Positions 21,095-30,876 of a stretch of 64,000 nt of DNA are shown one piece after another. Origin of the DNA: Candidatus Hydrogenedentota bacterium (GTDB taxonomy: Bacteria > Hydrogenedentota > Hydrogenedentia > Hydrogenedentales > JAEUWI01); the NCBI GenBank assembly GCA_034669905.1, contig JAXMOL010000015.1:1-64000 (forward strand). The letters are read 5' to 3'. Under the pieces are notes generated by a model, which saw only the letters and a list, made by a program, of their open reading frames with translations, searched no databases and was not told the DNA's origin. Made by a program: the position numbers and the translations under genes. Position 1 is the first letter of the stretch; each line of letters starts with the position of its first letter.

Positions 21095-21754
21095 CTACGC
21101 GTCAGGGAGAACGCATCGCAGCATGCGGGCGGGATTTCCTGCGACCACCGTATGGGGTGGCACCGAAAATATAACGGTAGAACCAAGGCCTATCAGGGCA
21201 TTCTCGCCGATGATAATCTCTTGAAGCAATCGGGCGCCCGATCCGATATAGGCCCCGTCCTGGATATGCACCCCACCGGCAACCACGACACTGGCACCGA
21301 TCAAGGTCCCCTTCCCCACCGTGACCTCGTGGGACAAGACCGAATTGGGCAGAACAGCCACATGGTCTGCCACCTGGACCGAGGCCGTCAACACCACGCC
21401 GGCCTGAAGGAGAACGTTTGCACCCAGCGCACACCCGGCACCAACTTGCGCCGTGGGGTGAACCAGTGTGGCCCAACGCTCGGGTGCCACTCCGAGTGAG
21501 TCGATCAACTCCAGGCGACGCCAATAGTTGTCGGAGCGCCCCGGTGCCGCAAGGACCGATGTCTCGGGAAGGGTCTTCAAGACGTCTCGGGTGCCGCAAA
21601 CCGGATAGCCCATCACGGTCGTCCCCACCAGCGCAGGATCGTCATCGGCGAATCCCACCAGGTCCCACGTGGGGGTAACACGGTTTATGGCCTCCACGAC
21701 GCTGACCGCCTCGCGGGTATTTCCATTGCAGGGAAAAAGAATAAGTGGCTTCAT
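21095..21754 (-). CDS. PglD/NeuD-family sugar acetyltransferase
   Basis: GFADDD, TLVHPTA, hexapeptide repeats, VAGNPAR. Confidence 0.9.
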   Translation of the reverse strand: MKPLILFPCNGNTREAVSVVEAINRVTPTWDLVGFADDDPALVGTTVMGYPVCGTRDVLKTLPETSVLAAPGRSDNYWRRLELIDSLGVAPERWATLVHPTAQVGAGCALGANVLLQAGVVLTASVQVADHVAVLPNSVLSHEVTVGKGTLIGASVVVAGGVHIQDGAYIGSGARLLQEIIIGENALIGLGSTVIFSVPPHTVVAGNPARMLRCVLPDA

Positions 21755-21882
21755 AGGGGCATGATGGCCCACACCGCGACGGAAGTCAAGCAGCTACCCG
21801 TGGGCAAAATGCACACGGATACCCGGCCCTGATGGGACCGGGTATCCGATTGGAGGAGGAGAAAACCTTGTTAAACGGTAGC

Positions 21883-22701
21883 CTATCCGCCGAGCAGCTG
21901 CAACGCCGTCTGCGGCACGATATTGGCCTGGGCCAACACCGTCGTACCGGCACTGACCAGGATTTGATTCCGTGTAAACTTGAGCGTCTCCTGGGCGATA
22001 TCCGCATCGCGAATCGCACTCTCGGAAGCCGCTGCGTTTTCTTCCTGGATCTCCAGCGAGTTGATGGTGAACTCCAGACGGTTCTGGAGGGCACCGAAGG
22101 TCGCCCGAAGATTGTTGACCCGTTGCAGGGCCACGTCCACCGTGCTGAGCGAACTTACCGCACCACCAACGGTGGAGATGCTCACGCTGGTCACGCCAAG
22201 GTCGGTCGTCTTCGCACCGGAAACCAGAATGCGCAGGGTCTGGCCCACTTCCGGGCCCGTCTGCAAGGTCACCGTCTGCGGGGAACTCAGCACCAGGACG
22301 CCGTTGAATTCCGTGTCGAGCGCGATGTCGTCCAGCTGCTCCAGCAACTGCTGCACTTCCAGATTGAGGGAAGCCCGGTTCTCGGTACTGTTCGTACCAT
22401 TGGCCGCCTGAATGGCCAACTCCCGGATTCGCTGCAGGATGTTGGACGACTCGGTGAGCGCCCCTTCCGCCGTCTGCACCAGGTTGATACCATCCTGGGA
22501 GTTGCGTACGGCGACCCGGCTACCGCGCACCTGGGAGCGAAAGCCTTCGGCAATCGCGAGGCCCGCCGCATCGTCTGCCGCACGGTTGATGCGCAGACCA
22601 CTGGAGAGCCGTTCGAGGGACTTGTTGAGGGACAGGGTGTTTCGCCGCAGAATACGACTCGTATTCAGACCGGCAACATTGGTATTGATTCGTAAACCCA
22701 T
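21883..22701 (-). CDS. fliC: flagellin (272 aa)
   Basis: MGLRINTNV, LERLSSGLRINRAADDAAGLAI, LQRIRELA, GALQNRLE, ESAIRDAD, LAQAN. Confidence 0.97.
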   Translation of the reverse strand: MGLRINTNVAGLNTSRILRRNTLSLNKSLERLSSGLRINRAADDAAGLAIAEGFRSQVRGSRVAVRNSQDGINLVQTAEGALTESSNILQRIRELAIQAANGTNSTENRASLNLEVQQLLEQLDDIALDTEFNGVLVLSSPQTVTLQTGPEVGQTLRILVSGAKTTDLGVTSVSISTVGGAVSSLSTVDVALQRVNNLRATFGALQNRLEFTINSLEIQEENAAASESAIRDADIAQETLKFTRNQILVSAGTTVLAQANIVPQTALQLLGG

Positions 22702-22706
22702 GAGAA

Positions 22707-22743
22707 CACTCCTCCGTGATTGGGTTAGCCGCTGCATCCGTGC
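22707..22743 (-). promoter_or_regulatory. putative CsrA-binding sites in the fliC leader
   Basis: GCACGGATGC and CACGGAGGAGTG (overlapping the SD), both ANGGA within short stems. Confidence 0.6.
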
Positions 22744-22788
22744 ATTGGCTGAAGTGTGTCGCGCTACTGCGACCCGCTTCACAAAAGA

Positions 22789-22815
22789 ATATCGGCAGCG
22801 GAGGGAGGAACTTTA
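22789..22815 (-). promoter_or_regulatory. sigma28 (FliA) promoter
   Basis: TAAA-15 nt-GCCGATAT on the minus strand directly upstream of fliC. Confidence 0.88.
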
Positions 22816-22848
22816 GCTGCGGGGCCCATAATCGGCGATACATGTCGG

Positions 22849-23973
22849 TTAGGTGCGGTATTGCTCCAGGAGTCGGCGCCCTTCGATATCCCCTGGAAAT
22901 CGGGCGAGCAGGGCATCAAGACTTCCGACCGCAGCATCATATTCACCCAGGTGGTACTGGGCCATGGCCTGGTAACGATAGCTGTCAGGCTGGTCTGGAT
23001 CTAAGGCCAACGCCCGGGCGATCGCCTCCCTCGCACCGCCATACTTCTCCTGGCGCAGCAAGACCACGGCAAGATTGCGCCACGCCTCTTCCAGCGTGGG
23101 CGCGTGGGCAACCGCCAACCGAAGCCCCTGCTCTGCCGGCGCCAGATGTCCCAGCAAGTAAAGGACGGTACCCAGGTTCTTGAGCCACATCCCCTCCTCC
23201 GGCTCCAGCTCAACCGCATGACGGTACGCTTCGGCCGCCTCGCCATAACGCCCCATGTCCACGTACTGATCACCCAATTCGTTGTGCAGTCGGGCCACCT
23301 CCGGATGGGCCGCCAGCTTCTGCTGCCCAAGCCGCAGATAGAGTGCCTGCTTCGCCTCTTGGGCACCGGGGCGCTGGTGTCGTTGGGGAAAATGATGTAC
23401 CGGGATGTCCGTGTCGACAATCGGAATGTCACACCGGTCCAGTGCGGCATTCAGTAGCTCATGGACCGCCCCATCAAAGCGCACCTCGGGGTGGTTGGGA
23501 AACAGACGCACTTTGGCGCTCGGAAACCAACCCGCAAAGCCCTGTCCCCGATCGTCGTCCGGCGAAATCGGCGCAAAGCCACTCACTGTGGTCGTGTTGG
23601 TATAGTTCCGGGTAACGAAGCGATAGGCCCGTCCGGGTGGGCGTTCCATTAGCGCGCGCAAGGCAGGATGGTCGTCGGGATGGATATATTCGTCCGCATC
23701 GATAGACAGGATCCAAGGATAGCGACAGGCGCGAAGGGCCTCGTTCCGTGCCGCAGAAAAGTCATCCGTCCAGGTCGTTTTCCCCACCCGACACCCCAGT
23801 TTTTCCGCGAGCGTGGCTGTGTCGTCTTCCGACCCGGTATCCAACACACAGATTTCGTCGACGAGTGGCCTCAGCGATGCCACACAATCCACCATGCGGA
23901 GCGCCTCGTTCCGTACTATCAATGAGGCCGATACCCGTGGTGACCGCAGCATTTCCTCGTTGGAACCCGACAT
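22849..23973 (-). CDS. GT2 glycosyltransferase with TPR repeats (probable flagellin glycosyltransferase)
   Basis: LIVRNEA, DTGSED, DFSAARN, SIDADE, FDGAVHE, C-terminal TPRs; adjacent to fliC. Confidence 0.9.
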   Translation of the reverse strand: MSGSNEEMLRSPRVSASLIVRNEALRMVDCVASLRPLVDEICVLDTGSEDDTATLAEKLGCRVGKTTWTDDFSAARNEALRACRYPWILSIDADEYIHPDDHPALRALMERPPGRAYRFVTRNYTNTTTVSGFAPISPDDDRGQGFAGWFPSAKVRLFPNHPEVRFDGAVHELLNAALDRCDIPIVDTDIPVHHFPQRHQRPGAQEAKQALYLRLGQQKLAAHPEVARLHNELGDQYVDMGRYGEAAEAYRHAVELEPEEGMWLKNLGTVLYLLGHLAPAEQGLRLAVAHAPTLEEAWRNLAVVLLRQEKYGGAREAIARALALDPDQPDSYRYQAMAQYHLGEYDAAVGSLDALLARFPGDIEGRRLLEQYRT

Positions 23974-24042
23974 GGAATGCCCTCGGTGTTGGCGGCCAGC
24001 CAGGCTCCCGGGGCCCCGACGACACGCGCGCATAGATTCTTA

Positions 24043-24426
24043 TTAGCGGGAAGGAGGCACGTCCTCCAAGGGCTCGTCCGCCTCCAGTACGTCTGGTACG
24101 GCCGGCACATCATCCGCCGCCAGCACTCCCGCCAGAACCAGCGCTTCATAGGTCTTGCGGTCCACCATATCGCCGCTGGTCACCAGTTTTGCTGTACCAT
24201 GTACCACAATGGCCACTTGCCGAATCGGCCGTCCCCGACGTAGCAGCTGATTCCCCTTGAGCATGCGCTCATAGGCCACCACGTAGGTGTCGGCCGCAGC
24301 CCCCCCGGGGGCACTACCCGATGGTCGTGCCGCAGGGCTCTGACGTCGTTTTCCAAATAACACCCGTAATACTCCTTCAAACACCGCCCCAATGGGCCCG
24401 GTATACACGTTCATCTCAGGGGACAC
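24043..24426 (-). CDS. hypothetical protein
   Basis: 127-aa ORF co-oriented with its neighbours; start uncertain. Confidence 0.6.
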   Translation of the reverse strand: MSPEMNVYTGPIGAVFEGVLRVLFGKRRQSPAARPSGSAPGGAAADTYVVAYERMLKGNQLLRRGRPIRQVAIVVHGTAKLVTSGDMVDRKTYEALVLAGVLAADDVPAVPDVLEADEPLEDVPPSR

Positions 24427-24547
24427 CGATGTCCCGATTGGGGTTCGAATTTCGTTTGGTCTTGCACGCGCGGATCGCCCACGCCACTTTCCACTATTGT
24501 ACGCTAAATACGCTGTAAATACCGACGTTTCCGAAAAGCGTTACGCC

Positions 24548-25441
24548 TTACTCCCCGGGGACATGAGCCGCCGGATCCTTCGCTACCACCCGGGCGTCCA
24601 GCAGCGCCAGACCGCCCTGGGCCCGTTCTTTGACATGGGAATCGGTGTCGCTTTCTGCACAACGTGCCAGCGCCGCCCGATGTTCCGACCCACCCAGTTG
24701 CCCCAGTACGGTCGCTGCCTTATAGCGCGCCGCCGGATTCAATCCTGGGTCAACGACCGCATCGGCAAAAATATCCAGGTGATCTACGACCAATTCGGGG
24801 GCCATCCCCAGAATCAACTGCTCCCGTATCGGGTGCGACGTCTCCGGATCGTCCCAGAAGTCCTCCAGGCGGTCTCCAATGCGCAAACCGTGAAAGGAAA
24901 CCAGCACTCCCATCGCCGCTTCCCGGACCGAACGGTCCTCATCATCAAGGAGGGCCACAACGTGGTCGGTGGCCGACGGGGTGGGAAGCAATCCCAACAA
25001 GTGAGCTCCGACGGCACGGGTCGGGGCACTGTGAGAAACCGCCGTCAGCGAAACCATGGCGGACTCATAGGGTGCCAATAGTTCCCGGTAGGGCGTCAAA
25101 CACATGATAACCAGCACATTTACGGACGCCGGTCGGGTCTCCTCCGCCACCAGCGCCAGCATGGAATCCAGTCCGCCAGGCTGTTGCACCAGCACCTCCG
25201 TCAACCGGGTGGCCTCGGCAACATCCCACTCGGCCTGATCGCCGTCGGCCATGGCAAGCCACGCGGCCCAGGTATCCTCTCCGGAATCGGAGGGCACGGT
25301 CGCGGGCGGTGTGGCCGGAATCGGGGCCTCACACCCGCCAAACACCCCGGCAATCAGGAGCATCAGGCTGATGTACCAGTGGTAGTGTGGCTTCACGAAA
25401 GGCTCCAAAAACAACAAGATACGGGCAATATTCAGTCTCAA
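24548..25441 (-). CDS. HEAT-repeat lipoprotein
   Basis: Lipobox-like VFGG-C; LDDEDRSVREAA and ARYKAATVLGQLG repeats; start uncertain. Confidence 0.8.
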   Translation of the reverse strand: MRLNIARILLFLEPFVKPHYHWYISLMLLIAGVFGGCEAPIPATPPATVPSDSGEDTWAAWLAMADGDQAEWDVAEATRLTEVLVQQPGGLDSMLALVAEETRPASVNVLVIMCLTPYRELLAPYESAMVSLTAVSHSAPTRAVGAHLLGLLPTPSATDHVVALLDDEDRSVREAAMGVLVSFHGLRIGDRLEDFWDDPETSHPIREQLILGMAPELVVDHLDIFADAVVDPGLNPAARYKAATVLGQLGGSEHRAALARCAESDTDSHVKERAQGGLALLDARVVAKDPAAHVPGE

Positions 25442-25726
25442 ACCTCTACATACGGTATACTAACACAAGACCACCTGTCATGTCATTCCATTTCTGTGTG
25501 CGTTGGCGTCCTGGGGCCTTAGCCGGACCGCACCGGGCCGCCCCCACCCCTGACCCTGTTGACAGTTTTTTGTCACTCTGTCAGGTACCCACCGCATTTG
25601 CAACACATCGGGTGCGCTGGCTCCCCGGCAACACACCTGCGCGGCGGCGCCCCGAACATCCCAAACCCTTAAAGAGAAAGATGTTATCCCTATCCAACGA
25701 CCTACCCCCCTCCCCCCCACATTATA

Positions 25727-25742
25727 TGGCACCAATATTGCT
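25727..25742 (+). promoter_or_regulatory. sigma54 (-24/-12) promoter
   Basis: TGGCACCAATATTGCT, 45 bp upstream of the ankyrin gene. Confidence 0.78.
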
Positions 25743-25786
25743 TCATACTTTCCGAAGGATGTCACTAACCCCAGGAGGTATTGCCT

Positions 25787-26305
25787 ATGAAATCTGTTTG
25801 GCTGCATACGCTCGACGATAGCGGGAAAACACCCCTCGATCGAGCCTTTGGTAGTGGCCACATGGCATTGGCGGAGATGATGCTACGACAGGTCCGTGAC
25901 GACGAAAGCGAAATGGGCCGCAAAGCGCCCCCCATGCACCGGGCTGCCTATCTCGGACTCACCGAGGCCGTCCAATCCCTGCTGCGCATTGGCACCGACC
26001 CATCACAACTGGATGACCTCTCGGAGACCGCGCTGCACAAGGCCGTGCGAGAAGGACACCGGGAAACGGTGGAAGCCCTGCTGGAGACCTGTGACGTAAA
26101 TGCCGAGAGCAATATTGGAATGACCCCCCTCCACTGGGCCTGTGTCACCGGCAATTCAGAAATCGTGGAGCTCCTGCTGAGCCACGGTGCCGACCCCAAT
26201 ATGCGCGATGAAAGCATCGATGGGATGACGCCGGCCGACATGGCCAACTCTCTGGGATATTCAGAGATCGCCGCCCTTATCACCGGCAATTCGACCTATT
26301 TCTAA
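25787..26305 (+). CDS. ankyrin repeat protein
   Basis: GKTPLDRA, ETALHKAV, GMTPLHWAC, GADPN; AGGAGG RBS. Confidence 0.92.
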   Translation: MKSVWLHTLDDSGKTPLDRAFGSGHMALAEMMLRQVRDDESEMGRKAPPMHRAAYLGLTEAVQSLLRIGTDPSQLDDLSETALHKAVREGHRETVEALLETCDVNAESNIGMTPLHWACVTGNSEIVELLLSHGADPNMRDESIDGMTPADMANSLGYSEIAALITGNSTYF

Positions 26306-27453
26306 GCCGAAGCCTGATCGGGCGCAGACGCCATCCGGTCAGCCACTTCGACCCCCGGCTGCACCAGCCGGAAGCCGCGAACAATCGCGGAGGCCAGGAC
26401 AAAGCCGTCTTCGTTGTAGAAGACGGCCCACTGGCCAGGCGTAATCGCCTGCTCGGGCGCATCGAAGGCCACCGTGGCCCCTTGCCGATCAGCGTGGACC
26501 GTGGCGGCCACCGCCGCGTGGCGGGAGCGCAACTGCACAAGGCAGCGGAAGGGTCCATCCTGACGCCCCAGCCCGCCCCAGCATACCGGTCCGGTACGAA
26601 ATGACTCTGAGAAGGTTTCTTCCGCATGACCCACTATCACGGCATTCTGCGCCGTATCCAGTCGCACCACGTAGTAGGGGCGGGGACCACTGACACCGAG
26701 CCCCTTACGCTGGCCAATGGTGTAGTGCATGAGCCCCTGGTGGGTTCCCAGCACCTTGCCATCCGTGTTGAGAATCGGCCCCTCGGGCATGGCGTTCGCC
26801 CGTTTTTCAATCCAGCCGGCATAATCCCGATTGGGAATGAAACAGATTTCCTGACTCTCCTTTTTGGTCGCCATCCCAAAATCCAGACCCCAGGCGTGCT
26901 CCCGCACTTCTTTCTTGGTCATTTCCCCTAAGGGAAACCAGGCGCGACGGAGTTGGGGTTGGGTCAGGGGGGCGAGCACGTAGCTCTGATCTTTGGGGCG
27001 ATAGGTCGCACGACGAAGAGAATGGCGATCGCCGAAGCGTTCGAGACGGGCATAATGGCCCATGGCAATGTAATCTGCCCCAAGCTTGTCGGCCCACTGA
27101 TAGAGGGCACCAAACTTGATCATACGGTTGCACCGGGCACAGGGATTGGGGGTGCGCCCCTGCTGATATTCGTCGACGAAGTGGGTGATGATGTCCCGGT
27201 CAAACCGATCGACGGCGTGCATCACCTGGTGGGGGATACCGACTTTTTCGCAGACACGGCGCGCATCTTCGGCCGCCTCCAGGCCACAACACGGCTCGAA
27301 AACGGACTGTTCTTCGTGCTCGGGCACCAGGCGCATGGTAACGCCGACGCAATCGTAGCCCGCCTTGGCGATGAGGGATGCCGTAACGGCACTATCCACC
27401 CCCCCACTCATCGCGACGAGGATTTTTGACGACTTGGACGGAAACTCAGACAT
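26302..27453 (-). CDS. mnmA: tRNA 2-thiouridine(34) synthase
   Basis: AMSGGVDS, TPNPCARCN, KDQSY, ESQEICF, YTIGQRKG, TPGQ. Confidence 0.97.
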   Translation of the reverse strand: MSEFPSKSSKILVAMSGGVDSAVTASLIAKAGYDCVGVTMRLVPEHEEQSVFEPCCGLEAAEDARRVCEKVGIPHQVMHAVDRFDRDIITHFVDEYQQGRTPNPCARCNRMIKFGALYQWADKLGADYIAMGHYARLERFGDRHSLRRATYRPKDQSYVLAPLTQPQLRRAWFPLGEMTKKEVREHAWGLDFGMATKKESQEICFIPNRDYAGWIEKRANAMPEGPILNTDGKVLGTHQGLMHYTIGQRKGLGVSGPRPYYVVRLDTAQNAVIVGHAEETFSESFRTGPVCWGGLGRQDGPFRCLVQLRSRHAAVAATVHADRQGATVAFDAPEQAITPGQWAVFYNEDGFVLASAIVRGFRLVQPGVEVADRMASAPDQASA

Positions 27454-27521
27454 GCTATCCCTCGGCCCGTCGCTACCGTCCGGTGTCTTCAAGGAACATA
27501 CCGGGGGGACGTGCTGGCCTT

Positions 27522-27932
27522 TTACTCGTTGCCGGACTGGGCCGACTGCTTACCTTGGGGAACGGGGCTGCCACTGCCCGGGGCCTTCATCGTGCATTTA
27601 CCTTCGAAGAGCACGCCTTCGGCGATACTCACGCGGGGTGCTGTGATATCTCCGATCACTTTACCCCCCGCACAGATCTCCAGGCGCTCGTGGGCGAGGA
27701 CGTTGCCGTGCACTTCGCCGCTGATAATTATCTGACCAGCGACCAGGTCGGCCTTGAGCTTGCCGCCCTCTTGGACCACGATGGTATCGCCGCTCTGAAC
27801 CTGGCCCGAGACCGAACCTTCAATGCGAATCGTACCCTTTGAACTGACATCCCCCTTGATGGTGGTGCCTTGACCAATAATACTAACGACTTTGCTTTCG
27901 CTGTAGTTTTTGGACTTTCGTGAATCAAGCAT
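27522..27932 (-). CDS. bactofilin (polymer-forming cytoskeletal protein)
   Basis: SIIGQGTTIKGDV...IRIEG...G-V-G repeats, IAEGVLFEGKC. Confidence 0.93.
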   Translation of the reverse strand: MLDSRKSKNYSESKVVSIIGQGTTIKGDVSSKGTIRIEGSVSGQVQSGDTIVVQEGGKLKADLVAGQIIISGEVHGNVLAHERLEICAGGKVIGDITAPRVSIAEGVLFEGKCTMKAPGSGSPVPQGKQSAQSGNE

Positions 27933-28119
27933 CGTGTGATCCTGTCGCTCAGGGTTTGGGTACGTGGTGATACCGGAAAATGCGTCACCGCTCCAGGCAG
28001 ACCGCAGCGTCTGCCAAGGGGGACTGTTGCCATTGAACGGACTGAATTGTACACGAGGGCGCGAAATAAAAGCGAACCGGAGCCCCGGCTCAAATTTACG
28101 TGCGCCCCGGGCCGGAGAC

Positions 28120-29130
28120 TCAGTCGCTCAAATATTTTTCGCTGTCCACGGGATTGCCGTTGCGACGCACTTCATAATGGAGGTGTGCGCCCGTGCTCCG
28201 ACCCGTGCTTCCCACATGGCCGATCACCGTACTCCGGTCGACGAGGTCACCCACTTTGCAGGTCCGCTTGGACAAATGGGCATACCAGGTTTCGAGGCCG
28301 TTGCCATGATCCACCCGCACCAGGTTTCCAAAAAACTGGTCGTAGGCAGAAAAGGAAACCTTCCCGACGGCGGTCGCGCGTACTTTCGTGCCCGTGGGGG
28401 CGGCGAGATCGGTACCATCGTGATGGCGAACACGTCGGTGAATGGGGTCGCGACGGTAACCGAAGCGGGAACTGATACGGCCGGCACCGTTGAGCAGGGG
28501 CCAGACCGAGGGGATACGGGAAACCTTTTCAGCGGCCGCCTTGCCATCGACCACCAACTCGCTCAGACTCTGCTGACGCACCCGAATCTCCTGCAGAATC
28601 AAATCGGCAGAGGGCCGGGAGAGGCCATAAATCACGTGGGGCGGACGAAATTGGTTCTCCACACCCAGATAGGCCACGGGGGTATAGCCCGACGGCGGAC
28701 CGCCCTGCCCTCCCCCTTCGGTGGTGGAAGCCGTTTCACGCGACTTTTCACGGGGGGCGATGCCGGTAATGTCCCGGGCCTTCGCTTCCATGTCGTAAAG
28801 TTCGCTCAATTCAGCGGTGATAGCGTCAATGCTTGCTTCATATTCGGCACGCAAACGACGCTCCAACGCTTCCAGATCTTCGGTGGCAGTCTCGGTGACC
28901 ACCACCGGAGCCGTCTGCGTGGCGTCCAGCGTGTACTTCATCGTCTTGTTCTGCTCTTGCAGCTGGGCGGCCTGTTCTGCAATCACGTGGTGACGCTGAA
29001 AGAAAAAGGCCGCACAGAATGCGAGCGTGGAAGAAAGGCCAATAGCTACCCAGAAATGGTAGGCGGCAAGCGAAAAGGTCTGTGTGCCACCCCGATCCTG
29101 GGGAATTAACATCACGGTCCAACGTTTCAT
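28120..29130 (-). CDS. membrane-anchored M23 peptidase with coiled coil
   Basis: N-terminal TM, coiled coil, SSRFGYRRDP, HDGTD, YAHL, STGAHLHYEV. Confidence 0.93.
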   Translation of the reverse strand: MKRWTVMLIPQDRGGTQTFSLAAYHFWVAIGLSSTLAFCAAFFFQRHHVIAEQAAQLQEQNKTMKYTLDATQTAPVVVTETATEDLEALERRLRAEYEASIDAITAELSELYDMEAKARDITGIAPREKSRETASTTEGGGQGGPPSGYTPVAYLGVENQFRPPHVIYGLSRPSADLILQEIRVRQQSLSELVVDGKAAAEKVSRIPSVWPLLNGAGRISSRFGYRRDPIHRRVRHHDGTDLAAPTGTKVRATAVGKVSFSAYDQFFGNLVRVDHGNGLETWYAHLSKRTCKVGDLVDRSTVIGHVGSTGRSTGAHLHYEVRRNGNPVDSEKYLSD

Positions 29131-29384
29131 ACGATTGGGGCTCCTGAGAAAACGAAGCGCTGACGGAACAGATGGAGGCAGGCGCGGTAATACGAACTTC
29201 GGTCAGCGCCGTACATCACCTGTTGACAAATGTATCCCCTGTCAAGTGATAAAAGTTTCCGCACACGAGGGGCATACTCTAGCACGACAACACTCCAGAA
29301 GTCAATATCCTGTGACATCAACGCGCCAAGCAATCCCGCATACCCCGCAAGAAAGGGGCAATTTCTTAGTCTGGCACGACGATT

Positions 29385-29954
29385 TTAATTACGGGATGGA
29401 CTCGATTTTTCGTAATGAACAAACATTTCGATAAAATCTTCCGGCTTCTTGTCCGCATAGGTGCGGGCATTAAAGACGTTTACAAGGTCCTGATAGTCTG
29501 TTTGATGCAGACAGTCGTCTTTATAGAGGTCGTAAAGGGGGGCGGTCTGATACACCCCGTCGCGATTCTTCGGACATCCTACATCGTCGTGCAGGGTAAA
29601 TCCAAGAAACTCCCCCTCCTCCGACTCTTGCAGGGCGAAGGGATAGAGGCGACACAAGATGGGTCTTGCCTCGTAGATCGTGCAATGGCGGGTGTCCTTA
29701 TCGAGAAAGTGACACCCTTCCTCCGTCCGTCTGAGGGCCATGAGGTAGCGCTCATCGCCGACTTCCAGCCACGTGGGATCATCATCTTCCACGCCGGTAA
29801 TCTCTTCGGCCGTGAGAAACTCCAGGAACTCATAGGGATTGGCACCTTCCATCCGCACCATGCGAATCACATCCCAAGGCGTTGGAAGACACACGACTTC
29901 GGTGCAACAATGACCACAATGATGGCAGGCGAATCGTACGCTGTCTTTTCCCAT
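29385..29954 (-). CDS. YkgJ-family cysteine cluster (CxxCxxCC) protein
   Basis: CHHCGHCC, CHFLD, CTIYEARPILCRLYPF. Confidence 0.9.
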   Translation of the reverse strand: MGKDSVRFACHHCGHCCTEVVCLPTPWDVIRMVRMEGANPYEFLEFLTAEEITGVEDDDPTWLEVGDERYLMALRRTEEGCHFLDKDTRHCTIYEARPILCRLYPFALQESEEGEFLGFTLHDDVGCPKNRDGVYQTAPLYDLYKDDCLHQTDYQDLVNVFNARTYADKKPEDFIEMFVHYEKSSPSRN

Positions 29955-30133
29955 GAACTATCCCTTGTCCCCCTGTGAATACTCAGCTTCGACACAGGCC
30001 ACACCCCGCGCACCGACACCATAGCAAAGCCCGATTCACCATGCAATACCATGACGACGGGGAACACCGCCCCGAGTTAAGGCTCCCAGGCGAGAATAGC
30101 GCTCCCAATTAGTGATTAAAAACAAAAAATGGG

Positions 30134-30876
30134 TTAACCACGAATCGATACGAATGCACACGACCCATGAAGAGCAGCGGCATCGCCAGGAAAGAGCAAC
30201 AATCCCATTCGTGTTCATTCGTGTCCATTCGTGGTTAAAAACAGATCAAACGTACTTGACCACGGAATACACGGATCGGCACGGAAAAAGTGGACATCGC
30301 AAAAACAAAATTCGTCCCATCTTACGCTGCCTCCTTCGTGCCCTTCGCATCTTCGTGGCCAAGAATCCTTAACCACGAATTAACACGAACGCACACGAAC
30401 CATGAAGAGCAGCGGCATCTCACAGGCCAGCCGTCCTTATAGCCCATCGCTCGCCCGTCCAATCATCGGCATCGCCAGGCAACAACCATCCCATTCGTGT
30501 TCATTCGTGTCCATTCGTGGTTAGAAACAGATCAAACGTGCTTGACCACGGAACACACGGATAGGCACGGAAAAAGTGGACATCGCAAAAACAAAATTCC
30601 TCCCATCTCACGCTCCCTCCTTTGTGCCCAAAAATCCTTACCACGAATTCACACGAATGCACACGAAACAGCGGCATCTCACAGGCCAGCCGTCTTTATA
30701 GCCCATCGCTCCCCCGTCCAATCATCGGCATCGCCAGGCAACAACCATCCCATTCGTGTTCATTCGTGTCCATTCGTGGTTAGAAACAGATCAAACGTAC
30801 ATGACCACGGAATACACGGATAGCCACGGAACGTCAGTCAGGCAATCTCAATTCTCAATTCTCAATTCGTGGTTAA
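30134..30876. repeat. tandem array of three composite palindromic (REP/BIME-like) units
   Basis: Units start near 30134, 30369 and 30638; each has ACCACGAAT...ATTCGTGTTCATTCGTGTCCATTCGTGGTTA and TGACCACGGAA; ends in CTCAATT heptamers. Confidence 0.92.

Noticed and set aside
29385..29954. Flagellin lysine methylase (FliB) assignment
   Set aside because: The CxxCxxCC family is broad and the gene is 6.7 kb from fliC; specific function unsupported
30134..30876. CRISPR array
   Set aside because: Units are ~250 bp with conserved rather than unique spacers, and there are no cas genes
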